Shown here: positions 1-12,056 of the stretch, piece after piece
Layout: every line of letters begins with the position of its first letter
Numbering within the stretch: the stretch's first letter is position 1
Assembly: GCA_964304625.1 (NCBI GenBank)
Contig: OZ199838.1
Span: 8,479,704-8,543,703, forward strand
Length of the DNA stretch: 64,000 bases
Direction of reading: 5' to 3'
Source: Kudoa neothunni
Taxonomy: Eukaryota > Animalia > Cnidaria
Notes under the pieces: model-generated
Database searches by the model: none
The model's input: only the letters and a program-made list of their open reading frames with translations
Told to the model about the DNA's origin: nothing
Translations under genes and position numbers: made by a program

Positions 1-594
1 TTTTCTATAAGAAATTTAGCATGTATTTTATTTTTATTTTTTGGAAGTTAACGATAACTTTTGTCTATCATTATTTTTCATTCTTTTTGGTTAATTGATA
101 TTTATCTTTTATTTCAAAATGAGAGATTAATGTATACTACAAATCGGAATTATTCTTGGATAAATATGACATTTATATGGAAAAAGTGTAGAGAATATCG
201 ATCTAATTATATTTTTGTGATAAGTTCTAAATATACTTTAATCCATTTTTATAGCCCCGTCGATTTTCAGTAATTTACGAAATGCGTGTTTATAATGACA
301 CCAACATTATGTACTATGGATTAAAGATTTCAAGCTTGATTTTTGGTTTGACCTTTTTCATATCATTTATTTATTATAATATAGTCCATCGTTATAATTA
401 TATTTTATGGGCTTGTTTTGGGACACAAACACGAAATATATTAAACTCTAACTGCTGTCATATATATGACCTTTATTTCTTTTATTTTTCTAGCATATTC
501 ATAATTTCTGGAATATATGAACTGGGAATTATTTTAATCAACATATTATCATAAAAGTAATTTCTTGTTCGAGCACCAATAAAAAAATAGAATT

Positions 595-1690
595 TTATTC
601 CGTCGGATAATATTTATTAATAATATTTAAATAGTTATTTAATAATTGGAATTTCGTTCCCATAACGGAACGAAACCATTCTTCCTTGAGGTAACCTTCG
701 AGATTTGATTTGCTCGCTCCTCTTCTTATTTTGGGGAGCTTAAGCTTTAAACGACCCCAACATGACTCCACAGTATTAGATTGAATCCCGCCTATATAGT
801 ATGCCACTGAGTGATGGATTTTCAAATGGTTATATCCCAGTTCTGTCAATTTATTGTACATGGACCAGTCATCATTATATATCATGGAACCTTTTAAAAT
901 ACCCACTTCAATTATATGGATTAAGGTCTCTTGATTTCTTCTTTTACCTCGAAGTATCTTACTTCTTTAAGCGTCCTTTTTCCGTTATCACCAATTGAGC
1001 ATAGGCAAAGTCTGAAAATCCAAGGGCCGTCTACTCTGTTACCATATCTTTCTGAATGTGTACAAAGAGCTATTTTATATTATAGCGATTGCATATACAA
1101 ATATCAGATACGCATATGATCATCAGATAATTTATCACATTCTGGATAATATTTTCTGCCACTCATATCTGCCTAAAAATCCTAGTAATAAACTATAACT
1201 CAGCTTTTTTATTACATTCTGTGAATTTCTAGAGACTAAAAATTCCTTAGTAGAGGAATGATTCCAAGAATCAGCTTTTAGATATCCCCCTCTGTTGTTT
1301 TTTCTCTTACCATGTAAGAGGCTTTCATCTGTTTCGATGACATAGCCATCGCCAACAAATTTTTCTCTTTGCGTGAAATAGTTGGTGCATACTGCCCTAA
1401 ATTTTATAAACCAGTTTATGATGGTCAATTTTAATATTGTTTTCAACCGATAATTTATTCCGGAAAAAACGTGCCCCTGGTGGGACAAGATTTGGTTTTG
1501 CATCTATCCATCACTATTAAAATATGTGTATACTCGTATATATTACCGTTTACATAGATATATAGTAATATTTTCCTCATTATTTATGGGAATGCTTAAT
1601 TCACTAGGTTCGTTTTGTGTTTTTGCAGACTTCATTTCTTATATATACATTGGATCGTAACCTCTGCAATTGACACACCTATTTGGAATT
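595..1690 (-). mobile_element. Degraded Merlin (IS1595/ISXO2-like DDE) transposase remnant
   Basis: ORF fragments contain VIETDESLLHGKRKNNRG, RYGNRVDGPWIF, GSMIYNDDW..Y..L and HS...GIQSNTVESCWGRLK, all ISXO2-like motifs. Frameshifted; TIRs not resolved, so boundaries are approximate. Confidence 0.8.
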
Positions 1691-2366
1691 CTGCGGATGA
1701 TTTTTTTTGATATTAAGAAATTAATTATAAGAGCGCTATTATTTATGCGCAAAAAAACTCATCGTCAGTTCTTATATCAACCATCATCGCTATTTCGTTC
1801 AGGTAAATATTGCGAATAGGATAAAATAATTCACAAATGAGCATAAAAGAAGTTCCTCTACCCACAATGGGAGGATCACGCGATGTGAATTTGATCAAAT
1901 TTAGGATTAAGTGTAAAGAATTGTCAAACGCTAGAAATGGAAATTTGTAAATAATTTTTGTATGCTCCAACTTTTCTAATAATGATATTACTAATTGTGA
2001 AAAAATAATTAAAAATAAGCACAGCATCAGAACGAATGTTAGTAGCCGGTAAGTATACCATTACCGATTTGTGCGTACACTCATACGGACATTACTACTT
2101 TGTATATATAGATTGAGTCTTAACAATTTAATCAATATTAAATTGTTGGAATATGACATATTTCAATTAATGAGGAATTCTAAATATCGTTATGGAGAAT
2201 TCTGGGAAAATACTCCTCATTGTTACTTTATTATTCTTACCATAATTATTAGTATAGCTCACAATATCAAAATAGGTAAGAAACTATAAAAAATTAATAA
2301 TAGTCCATTTTTTAGAAGCTAGAATGTATCATTCTAATATGGCACGGCGGCGCTTTAAGGTCGCGC

Positions 2367-5300
2367 CAGGGTTGCCAGAAGATTAGCGAAAAAAGTACCA
2401 ACAAGTTTTGAAAAACGTACCAACAGTTAATCCACATAAAAAAGAGATTAAGGAGATAAAACGTGGTTATTTCAAATGTTTTTTAATTTATCTAAAATGA
2501 AATTGTTTCATTACAGTTATCTTCATAAAGGTTTGTCTCTATGAACGCTATTACTGAATTTTCAGGCAGGTTCTATTTTGTACAATCTGTATTATAAAAT
2601 AAAGTTTTCGAATAAACCAAGCTGTTTAATGTTTCGGTCTTCAATAATGATCTATTTTTAATTTTGATTATGTTCAATTAGGAAAATATTCTTTCGGCAA
2701 AAGCAGAAGAATAAAGTAATGAGTGCAAGCTCATCATTAGTTTTGAAATTAATGGATATTTAGGAACATTGCCAATTATTTTTTCTGATACGTCGTACAA
2801 AAATTTTTCGGGATCTTCGAACGAAACGAGATTTGAGTCTTCGAGAGTTAATTGTCTCCATTCAATATCCAAATTGGTGTACTCTTCATCCGATATAAGA
2901 TTGGGGAATCTTGCTGCAGGGGGTATGATAGACTCTAGCTTACCTTCATTTACGTTACTTGGATCCATTTCCTCGAATAATCCAAGTCATTTCAATGAAT
3001 TATTGTATAGAAAGTGATCAAATATTTCATTTGTTAAAGGAATATTAAAATTAAATGTATTTATTTTATAATGGAAGAATTCATTGTATATATGCAAGTC
3101 ATTTTGGATCCGCGACAAACACTATCTAATGGAAGATAATTTGAAGGGTTATTAATATTCCAAATATCCACATTTTTAATGATTTCTCTTTTCATAAATA
3201 ATCGGGTAATGATTTTTACTGTGAAACTGATTGAATTGTTTAGTTTGTGTATTCGAAAGTTTTCTGATTGGAATTCAAGATTAGATTTGTTCATTACTTG
3301 AAGTATAAAGTTTAAGAATTCAAAATAATCATGATTGATTGGTTTATTGACTTTATGATTTATTAATTTTTCTGATTCAAAACCATTTTTTGATACTGCA
3401 GTAGCGAAAAACATTTTAAGTGCATTCCATTGATCGGGTATTCTAGAGGCGACTTGTTCGAGTTACAACCATCTTGTGCTACAAGGTCGTAATATCTTTC
3501 TAGGACAAATATCCATTATCTTTTGAAATTCCTTGTATTCACTCAAATGTTTTGAGCTATTCGAAACGTGTGTAAATACTTCTAAATCTTCCAACCCGTT
3601 CGGAAGTTGATGACAAGCTTTAGACGCAAATAAATTTACTGAATGACAACTGCAACCTTTCACGTAAAGCGAAGGAATTATTTGTTTCAGTAAATTTTGG
3701 ACACCACTTTTGTTACCCATCATAACATTTGTATTGTCACTGGCAAATCCGATAAGATTGTGAATGGAGATATTCTTAGTCTGAAAAAAATTTATCAATG
3801 ATTCAAAAATTCTTTTGTCAGTACAATTCGTTATCTCTAATACGACCAAGTATTTGTCCATTGTCTTTTTAACATCGACATCATAATATCGAGCTACTAA
3901 AACTAGTTGTTTAATTGTGGATGTATCTGTGGTTTCATCTATTATTAATGAAAATTTTGTTGTTTGTAATTTTGACATTAAGGTTTTTAAGTAATATTTA
4001 CCAATAACATGATGAAAAACACATTTCCCTTTCGTTCGAGCACATTTAATATCTTTGCAAATAGCAGAATCTTCGCAAACATTGGCAATTAAACCAAGCA
4101 AATGATCCAAGGATGACAACGGCAAATTGTGTTCCGCAACAAAAGCACATAATTCCAATTCTGCTTTATCTATTTTTAGAGCATATACAGCAGAACTGTT
4201 TAATTCTATATAACTATCCATTTTCATATATTTGTGGACTGTCTCATATTTCTTAAATGCTTTTCGGTTGCTGCATGTCTTTCGATTTGTGAAGTACTCA
4301 CTGAAACTTCACATTTCCACCCACACTTTACAAAACACTTTTTCCTTGTTCTCCTTGCTCATATCAATCCATTGGATAAATCTTCGCTCTTCCAACCATT
4401 CTGTTCCTACCTTGCGTTCATAATCTTTATATATTTTCTGTTTTGATGGTTTACTTATATCGCTTTCTCAGTCGCTATCGTTTAGATTAAAGGTCATCAA
4501 GAATTACTGACCCAAAATATACTACATTATGCATAACAATAAAAGTTACAGAAATTAATTCAACTTGTTGAATACAACAACTATGTAGCAAATTATTAAG
4601 ACGCGCGCTATTAAGAATGAATTTGTAAGTTAAAATAGGTGTTTGTGAATGAAATTTTATCCTTATCGCATTTCGGATATTGTTTTCCTCTTCAACTTCG
4701 TTTCCACATCATTTAAATATTTCCAGGTATCAACCATAGCTTTAATTAAAAAAAATATAATTTATTAACAGTTCCCCTGGTTAGAAATGTATAAACTTAA
4801 CATTTTAAGGAATTTTGTTGCTACAATTAAATTTGACAACTCGTTCGAGCTAGATTTTGTTTCGTTAAAACATACATTTTAAAACCCTAAAGTATAAAAC
4901 TTATAGGTAGAAAAATTAATTTCGTGAAGTAAACGAGCTAGCTAACTGACCACGTATATTGTTCGATATACATTGGGATTACATGGAACTAATTTGACCA
5001 TGAAATCAAAGAACGTTCCATTTAAAACAATAAATAGATAACATTCTCGTAGTCAGAAACTCATTTAACATATAAATGAGGAAAAAAAATAAGCTTAGGT
5101 TTATAGAATTTTGTTAAATGATAACATTTTGGAATTTAATTGTTTGTTTTGTTTTCTTTATGAGACAATATTAAAGGGTTAGATTGGGTATTTATAATAA
5201 CATCGAATTCAACAGTAAGACATATTTTGCATATTTTCGTATAATATTATACCTATACGCTGAAATAAAAATAAATAGACGTAAAAGGTATAAATTTTTA

Positions 5301-5436
5301 AATAAGACACTAATGTTACTTTGCATTCATTACTTATACCTAACCGGAAACCGAGTATCATCGACTGGATTAAAAAATTTGTCTTGACGGGAAAAAGTAC
5401 CACTTTGGTACGAACGTACCAATTCTAGCAACGCCG
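2367..5436 (-). mobile_element. Full-length but degraded hAT transposon (Tip100/ZNF862-like)
   Basis: TIRs CAGGGTTGCCAG and CTAGCAACGCCG; decayed 8-bp TSD ggtcgcgc/ggctgcac. Transposase fragments at ~4497-2600: N-terminal C2H2 finger, FSLIIDETTD, ASDNTNVM.G, CSCHS, STRWL, SSAFAERIFS. Confidence 0.85.
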
Positions 5437-5619
5437 GGCTGCACATATCGGTATCATGCGTGCGCCGACTACGTTGGATTTAGAACTACCGTGCCCCAAA
5501 CTAATGTTTTCACATTGTATTCACTAGTATAACTTATATGTAGTAGAATTTTTTTAATATAAAATAAACATTGGATAATGGAAAATCAAGCATGTAACCA
5601 AGCTACAATTTTCTCCATC

Positions 5620-5718
5620 CGCATATGTGCATTAGCCTAACTTCGTTTAACCGAAATTTCAGTATCCGAAACGAAAATGCTAGGTCCCCAACTTTTTCGG
5701 ATAAACGGAGTTCGACTG
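5620..5718. mobile_element. Terminal fragment of a pogo/Tigger-type element, same family as the end at 31120
   Basis: Reverse complement reads TA-CAGTCGAACTCCGTTTATCCGAAAAAGTTGGG, which aligns with TA-CAGTCGAACCTCGATTATCCGGAAAATTTGGG at 31118. Confidence 0.65.
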
Positions 5719-5812
5719 TACTAGAAAACGCGAAGTACAGTGCAGCAGGGCTCGTACGTAATAAATCGGGGAATGATGTCTCGTTACGTAGAATCGCCGC
5801 TTTACCTACGAA

Positions 5813-6330
5813 CAGGGCGTCCACTGCTTGGTTTTTTCCCCAAGACCTTGGGTTTTTATTGAAAACCTCTAAACATTGAGTAATGACACAAATTTTATTA
5901 TGTGTGACATTAATATTTATATTTTTAATAACGTATCCTACTCAGATTATATCGTGCAGTGTTTAAACATTTACGATATTGAACGACAGTACAATATATT
6001 GTTTATCGGGGCACGATTGCACAATTGTTCAATTAACATTGTCGCACATTATTGGAAAATTTAACGTTATTTCAAAATATATCTTGAACTATGAATTAAT
6101 TAATTCATTGTGAGCATATTGATCTATACTAGACATTAAGTTTGAATGAATGTTCGCAACAATAAATTGCAATAATACGACGATAAATTTAAACTTAATA
6201 TCTGTAGACGTATTTTAAGACTCGGAAGATGATTAAAACCTTTAATAGATATGATTCTATTTTTTGTTGTACTTTAGACTAGCGTTTCTCTCGACCTTGG
6301 GTTTTTTCTAAAATCCCGCTGGCAACCCTA
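5813..6330. mobile_element. Non-autonomous hAT element (MITE), 518 bp
   Basis: Ends CAGGGCGTCCA and TGGCAACCCTA; perfect 8-bp TSD CCTACGAA (5805-5812 and 6331-6338); homologous to the inverted copy at 54367-55047. Confidence 0.85.
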
Positions 6331-6684
6331 CCTACGAACCTGTCCGCGCATGCGGAATATTTGAGATATTCTTACTCAGGTTTATTCATATTGTAAGAAT
6401 ATTTAAACAGCTTAGCCATATCTTATAAATTTTATTTGTATTATTAATACGGTAAATAATGAAATTTTATAAATAGAAATATGATAGGCCCCTATTCTAT
6501 TACTCTTTCATTTAGAACAATATTTAAAGGATTAATTTAAACAATGAGAAATAATTACGACCTATAACCATGGAAACTAAGAATTCAAATTCTTAACTAA
6601 ACTTACTCAATTACAGAAATAACAAAGATTGTTTCCATTGTTTCTCTGTTTTTTGGTTCTAAAAAAATCTTATATACAAAAATT

Positions 6685-8131
6685 TTATTCAATCACTGAT
6701 ACATAAAAATAATCTGTTACTCTATTTGTCATCCATGAGTCATTAATTATTCGATGAACTTCTTTCCCTACATCCGAAATACCTTTCATATTGGTAGAAT
6801 TTTTCTGTCTCAAAAATCTGAATAGACCGTCGTAATATTCTAGAGCCTGACAAAATGAAACTGGTGGATTCACAACATTTTCGTCATCTTCATCGATATC
6901 ATGGTTTGTTGCATCCTAGGTTATTTTAATAAAATTGATAAGTTCCTTATCGTTGCTTTACACATGATTGATTTCTCGTGCTCTATACCTTTGGGAATTC
7001 CTGCATCAACGGTATCGGTACTATCATTATTCATAAGCATAATAGATTTATCTGTCATCTCTATAGAATCAAAAAAACATTTTTGAAACAATTGATGATT
7101 ACTTTTTTTTACCAGCTTCCAGGCATCAAAAATAGTGTGTATTTCTTCAAGGATATCGACAGGCTAGGTTTTTCTACGTTAGCATCCAACTGACTCAGCA
7201 GTCTTCCGAAGACAAATTTTTTGTAAAATATTTTAAAATTATTAATGATCCCTTGGTCAAGAAGTTGAAGAACGCCCGTTGCACCTTTGGGAAATAACAC
7301 AATTGAATATTTTTTTATTTCAGTACCGAATGAGCCGGGCAGTTATCAAGAAAAATGATAATTTTTCAATTTTTTGGCCAAACAAATTATCAAACTGATT
7401 CATATATTTTATAAATAAAATAGATGTCATCCGTGGTTTTTTATTAGAATTAAATTCTAACGGGAAAGTAGTTAATCCTTGGAAACATCTAGAGTTTGCG
7501 TACTTCCCTATCAAAAGGGAGGAAGTTTCTCTCCGGTCATCGAGCATCCAAGAAGAATTGTTACACGATTTTTTGGTTCTTTCGTTCCCCTGACATCTTT
7601 TTCAAATCCAGTTATGTAACCTTTATCTAAAAAAATCAAGGAAGCAATTGGACAAATAATGCAAACTTTTACATTCTTGATAGAAAAGACTAGTCTGGTC
7701 AATATTAAAAACATCTTCTGGCGTCAATTTTTGAAGTATATTATGAAGCTTTTCTTTCCATTCGGTGACTATATCAATGGGAACACGTCCAATTTCACCG
7801 TGGAAGGTAATATATTTTAGATTAAAATGATCTATATTCTGAACATTTCTCTTTGAAGCAACTAGTCTTGCCTTTACAATTATTTTATCAGTATCATTAC
7901 TGACGTTTTTTTTAAAGTTTTTCGGGAACTATTCAAAAGTCCTGAATCTCCTTACCTTAAAACTGATTCTTTTTTCATTCAAATGCCATCCAATGTTGAC
8001 ATTCTCTTTATGCCAAATTTAATCATAGTCATTGTTTTTGAATATTTCGGTTCACAGATAGACTTATAATATAATATAATCTCATATTTCTCTGATAAAG
8101 TTTTGTAATTCCGAAGTTTACTAGACTTCAT
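6685..8131 (-). pseudogene. Degraded pogo/Tigger (CENP-B-like, DDE_1) transposase
   Basis: Fragments include an N-terminal HTH (KTLSEKYEII), K.RVTILLGCSMTGEKLP, FNSNKKPRMTS and FPKGATGVLQLLDQGIINNFK; multiple frameshifts. Confidence 0.85.
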
Positions 8132-8142
8132 TTTATGTATGA

Positions 8143-8175
8143 CTAGCGGGAACTGCCCAGCGTTGCTTGGGGAAG
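8143..8175 (-). mobile_element. Helitron 3' terminus (hairpin followed by CTAG-T)
   Basis: Minus strand reads CCCAAGCAACGCTGGG cagttcccg CTAG T and resembles the termini at 42523, 42594 and 27048. The 5' end was not located. Confidence 0.65.
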
Positions 8176-8745
8176 ATTTCGCGTAGATACGTTTCTTAAT
8201 AATATTCAAAAACTATATTTAAGTTTCAAATTAACCCATGGATGCAAAATAACTAAAAAAATTTAAGTGACATACTTTCAACGATTTGGATTAGCGAAAT
8301 TTAAATTATGATCATTTCTGTGAAGTAAAATATCAACATAAATAATTTATATAATTAGATGAAATAATAGTACAACCATCTGCATTGAATTTAATCACTG
8401 AAAGTTCAACACAGCGGACGATTTCAATCGTATCTACGGACATGGTGCTTGTATTATAAAGCTTCAATCTATCTGATTACAGATTTCCTTGCCAAATCGC
8501 TATTGAGGATGCAAACATAGACTTTTTCTCATATTTTAAACCATTAATAGAACTTTCAAATATACTTATCAAATCATATACGCTAAAACCCCCGAAATAA
8601 GGATTGTATTTGCGCAAACACCCAAGTAGACAAGCCAACATTATACACAAAGATAGAAGATATCGTTTAATTAACATTTAAACAGAGCATATAAGGAAGA
8701 ATATTAACTTCAACCGACCATCAGGAGGTAGTAAGCAGTTGTTAA

Positions 8746-10958
8746 CTCTTTGTGGCTAACCATTGGATCCACGATCCATGTAGAGGTATATATCTCATTC
8801 ATAGATCAAAATAACGCGCAATTTTAGTTCTAATTTCACGTAAATTACAAGCAAAACAATTTCTATCATCTTATAAAATTAGAGGGGAAAAATTTTTTCT
8901 TATTTTAATCCGTGTTTTCAACTCTTGGCCTTAATATTAAGTTGACTAATATTGGTTATGCACGACAATTAATCATCCCTCTGGTGTGTTCCAAAGCTAG
9001 AATGGCAAGTTTTGATTCACCGAGTGACTCTCTTTTGTCGGATAATGAAAGTATTGCGTCGCTTGAGTTAGAAAATTACTTAGACGAATCCTACTTGAAT
9101 AGCGATGAAAAAGAAAACAATATAAATGGTAAACAATACTTGTAAATAAATAGATTTTATATGATTAATGATTAATAAAGATGCATTCGATAACGATAAC
9201 GACACAATCAGGTAAGCTGATTAGTCTTATATTCTCCACAAGAATGGTAATAATAGACTAAAAGATAACTTTGTTTCGAAAGACGAATCAATTATCTGGT
9301 CATCCCAACCGAGATCTGGAAGAAACCCCTCCACCAATATAATAAGCGCTAATATTCGAAAAGGCGTCCCAATCGATTCAATAGATACAACAACACCAAT
9401 CAGCACTTTCACCCTTTTTTTACTTCAAGGATGATGGATGATATTATTTTATACACTAATAGAAAAGGTTTCGACGTTTTAGCAGAAAAATGGAAATCTC
9501 CCGATTTGGATCAATTCAAAGCGTTTACTGGGCTGCTACTTCTGAGTGGTGCTTATACATCTAACTTTGAAACAAGCGAAATATTGTGGCATGAAATACA
9601 CGGAAGGCCATTATTTCGTGCCAAGATGTCCCGTGAAAGATTTAAAAAGATTTCTAATTCATTAAGATTTGATGAGTATTGGAATCGAAATAATTCTGAT
9701 AATTCGACCGACAAGTTTAGACCTATAAGGGATATTTTTAATCAATTTAGTAACATCTGCAGAACAAGTTACTTACCAGGTGTAAACTTAACTGTAGATG
9801 AACAGTTATATCCATTTCGAGGGAGAGTATCGTTTTTAGTCTATATGCCTAAGAAGCCATCTACGTATGGTATAAAATTTTGGGTAGTTTGTGACAGCGA
9901 AACTCGATATGCATCCAACATAATTCCATATGCGGGTAAAGTAAACAACCAACGTGAAGCAACCACACGTTTTAAAGTAGTCGTTGATCTCACTCAGCAT
10001 TTGCTCAACTGTGGCCGAAGTATTACTTGTGACAACTTTTTCACGACTTGGAAACTTTCCCAATGTTTACACAAAAATAACACATCTATACTAGGAACTG
10101 TAAGAAAATGTCGAGCATTTATCCCGTCAGAATGTCTACCTAATAGGAGCAGACAACTATATTTATCTATGTTTGGATTTTAAAAACAGTTTACGCTAAT
10201 GTCGTACGTTCCTAAAAAGGGCAAGTGTGTAATAGTCCTTTCATTAGAGCACCGCAATGGCAGCGTAAGTTCTGGCTATAAATCCAAACCAGATATGATA
10301 TTGGATTATAACGTCAAAAGATGTGGTGTTGACACCATGGACCAATGCGTTTCCACTTACACCTGTAAGAGGAAGTGTAAAAGGTGGCCTTACGCTGTAT
10401 TTTCCCAAATCCTAGATGTAGCCGCATTTAATGCATTTGTGGTTTTCAACCAAAAAAATCCAATGGACTTTAAAAAAGATAAATCAACTCATCGGAAAAA
10501 TTTTTTAATAACATTATCCATTGAACTAATTAAACAGCACCAGGACAGAAGATTTGCTAATCTTAAGATTGCACACCAACCCGTAGTAAAACGGTCATTA
10601 GAAGTAATTGAATACAGGTTCGATAATGAGGTGGTCTCTAAAAAGGATGTATACCAACATGTGAGAAAACGCTGCAAATATTGTCCCCTTGCTCTTGGCA
10701 GGAGAAGTAAGCGAACTTGTACAACATGCAACAAATATGTTTGCAATGAGCATTCAACCAAAAACATTATATGTATAAATTGTGGATCGAAAAATTAATT
10801 GCTCTTCTGAGCTGCTTATTTCTCTCTGCGTCTACTTCATAGAGTATTTAAAATAAATCGGATTATTTTGTAATCCATTAATCCCAAATTTTAGTCCGAT
10901 GGATCGTGGATCCAATGGTTAGCCTTAACGTAACAGTTCCATGGTTAGCCGTTACGGG
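8746..10958 (+). mobile_element. Near-intact piggyBac transposon
   Basis: TTAA on both sides (8742-8745 and 10959-10962). GGCTAACCATTGGATCCACGATCCAT is present at the left end and inverted near the right end, and the right end has the TIR-spacer-internal-repeat layout. Confidence 0.95.
9002..10798 (+). pseudogene. piggyBac transposase (PGBD4-like) with two putative introns, one homopolymer frameshift and one in-frame stop
   Basis: Catalytic motifs TVDEQL, TCDNFF and GVDTMDQ plus a C-terminal cysteine-rich domain. Putative introns 9129-9180 and 9212-9256; T-run at 9415-9421 is one base short; TAA at 10181-10183. Confidence 0.9.
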
Positions 10959-11109
10959 TTAATCCTATTGTTGAACTCAAGCAATCCGATAAACAAACTT
11001 TGAATCGACAAAATCACCATTTTCTAAACACTTTTGGGGACATTTTGTCGTGCGAAAACGATTTAGAGATTTGTTTAAACATTATAATTTTTAAAAAATT
11101 TCATGAATT

Positions 11110-11329
11110 TCTCTCTAAAACTCGTCCGAATATTGTAGCTGTAATACGAAGTCACCAACCACAAATATCACATTAGTTTTTATTTATTTTGAATATACAA
11201 TAAACTTTGAAAATATCTCTGTTAATTTTTTGGTGAGCGCGCGTAAAAATTTTAAAACTTGTATTTTCTTCATTTGGGTTTAATTTTATACGTGGGGATC
11301 CGCGGTTCCAAAAAGGTTGAAAACCACTG
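11110..11329 (+). mobile_element. 3' fragment of a Buster/Charlie-type hAT element
   Basis: Encodes SKTRPNIVAVIRSHQPQISH*, a typical Buster C-terminus, followed by the TIR GGTTGAAAACCACTG. Confidence 0.7.
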
Positions 11330-11667
11330 GTTTAGAATATGTGGATAGTGTTTCGGGAGCTCACACCAACACTGTTGTGGGCACTTGGGATGCCATAAAA
11401 TACCGAATATCTCCAAGAAATAGAACGTCATCAGTTAATGAGGATGGAACTATTCGTATAGTTGGCATTAATGAATTTCTTAGTGAATTTCAATGGAGAA
11501 GACGCAATCTAAATGACTTCTGGTGTGGTTCCATACGATCTCTAAAAATTAATCTACAACCAAACAACTGTTGTTAGCCTAGTTGCGTTTTGTATAAAAA
11601 TTGTTTTTATAATCAATGTAAATACTATTTTATTGAGAATTAGGGGGCTTAGACCAAATTTCAGTCC
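11330..11667 (+). mobile_element. 3' fragment of a Merlin element, same family as 41242-42299
   Basis: GAHTNTVVGTWDAIKYRISPRNRTSSVNEDG...FLSEFQWRR closely matches 41975-42150, and the end motif GGGGGCTTAGACCAAATTTCAGTCC is shared. Confidence 0.85.
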
Positions 11668-12056
11668 CTTTTTTATTTCGTTTTCAAAAATTATATAAAT
11701 TTTGAAGTCACACTGTTAAAAATCTGTAGTATTTTTTAAAGGAGCGGTTACCAATCTTCTCTTAGGATACCTTTTTTCACGGCGACAATACTGCATTGTT
11801 GAATTATTATAATTATTAAAGTAAAAAATTATTAAGAACAATTCGTCATTTTTCTTTTATAAAGAAACATTGAAAATTTTGAATTTTAGCATCACGTCTA
11901 TCAATTCCATGAAATGAACTTTTTTTATATATAAATAAGAAAAATAGAAAATTATTCACAAAATAAAGAATTTTAAGCGCTCTATATTAATTTATTAAGG
12001 CTGGAATCGGTACCGACTGACTCACACGATGCGCGCGTCTCTCCCAGTACACTAAA

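Noticed and set aside
2341-5496. Outer small element with GGCACGG/CCGTGCC ends enclosing the hAT
   Set aside because: Only about 7 bp match and there is no TSD.
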